Shown one piece after another: positions 63,599-64,000 of a DNA stretch of 64,000 nucleotides (position 1 is its first letter; each line of letters begins with the position of its first letter). Below the pieces are notes generated by a model. The model did no database searches, was not told the origin of the DNA, and was given only the letters and a program-made list of their open reading frames with translations. The position numbers were made by a program, and so were the translations under genes. This stretch comes from Antedon mediterranea. Its lineage: Eukaryota > Animalia > Echinodermata. Location: assembly GCF_964355755.1 (NCBI RefSeq), contig NC_092670.1:23422795-23486794 (forward strand). Direction: 5' to 3'.

Positions 63599-64000
63599 TA
63601 TAAATGTTCCATATAGGTTGCTCCATCCATATTGCAAAAAAAAAATAACTATCGAGCCATATCACTGATTTTTTAAATTTACGTTTTTACAAAATGTACA
63701 CTTATGAAAGACCATACAATTCCAAAGCATTTTTTAAACCTAATAAAGATTTTGAAAAAAAAACCAACAAAAAACGTTCATGAATGAAATTTTGTTTCTG
63801 TGAATAGAGCAACCTATATTGAACATATAAAAGAAGTTTCAAATGTTTTTAAATTCGAAAAGTATTTTTTATCGATGTTTTTTGTATATGTTTTTAAGCA
63901 AAATTCTATCCATAACCTAATTTTTAATGTTCAATGTGATATTTATTGAAGTGCTTTGAATACGCTGATGAAATTTGGAGGTATGAAACTTTGTTAGGAG

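Overview
AT-rich eukaryotic genomic DNA with GT-AG introns and many MITEs, SINEs and minisatellites. It is probably a marine invertebrate; this is inference and the species cannot be assigned from the sequence. I assembled four genes by hand with phase-consistent splice sites. (1) A 5'-truncated Caskin orthologue (+, 18 exons, 5317-46459; ANK-SH3-SAM-SAM, a long Q/H-rich region, Caskin C-tail). (2) Coilin (-, 6 exons, 54001-50318). (3) An ependymin-related secreted protein (+, 5 exons, 54434-56154), head-to-head with coilin. (4) A cGAS-like receptor (cGLR/Mab-21 nucleotidyltransferase, -, 59893-57707). The cGLR is the main finding: its 350-aa ORF ends on a splice donor and continues in frame through an acidic linker exon, a Gly/Ala-rich transmembrane exon and a ubiquitin-like (UBL) exon. 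This gives a cGLR-TM-UBL architecture with possible soluble, tail-anchored and UBL-bearing isoforms, and NF-kB/IRF-like sites upstream. Other items: tiny P/Galileo-like palindromic footprints with 7-bp target-site duplications (TSDs), a near-identical inverted pair of TTAA-flanked (Kolobok-like) MITEs, tRNA-derived SINEs, and a ~2.8-kb hairpin-monomer satellite. All gene models are manual and lack transcript support.
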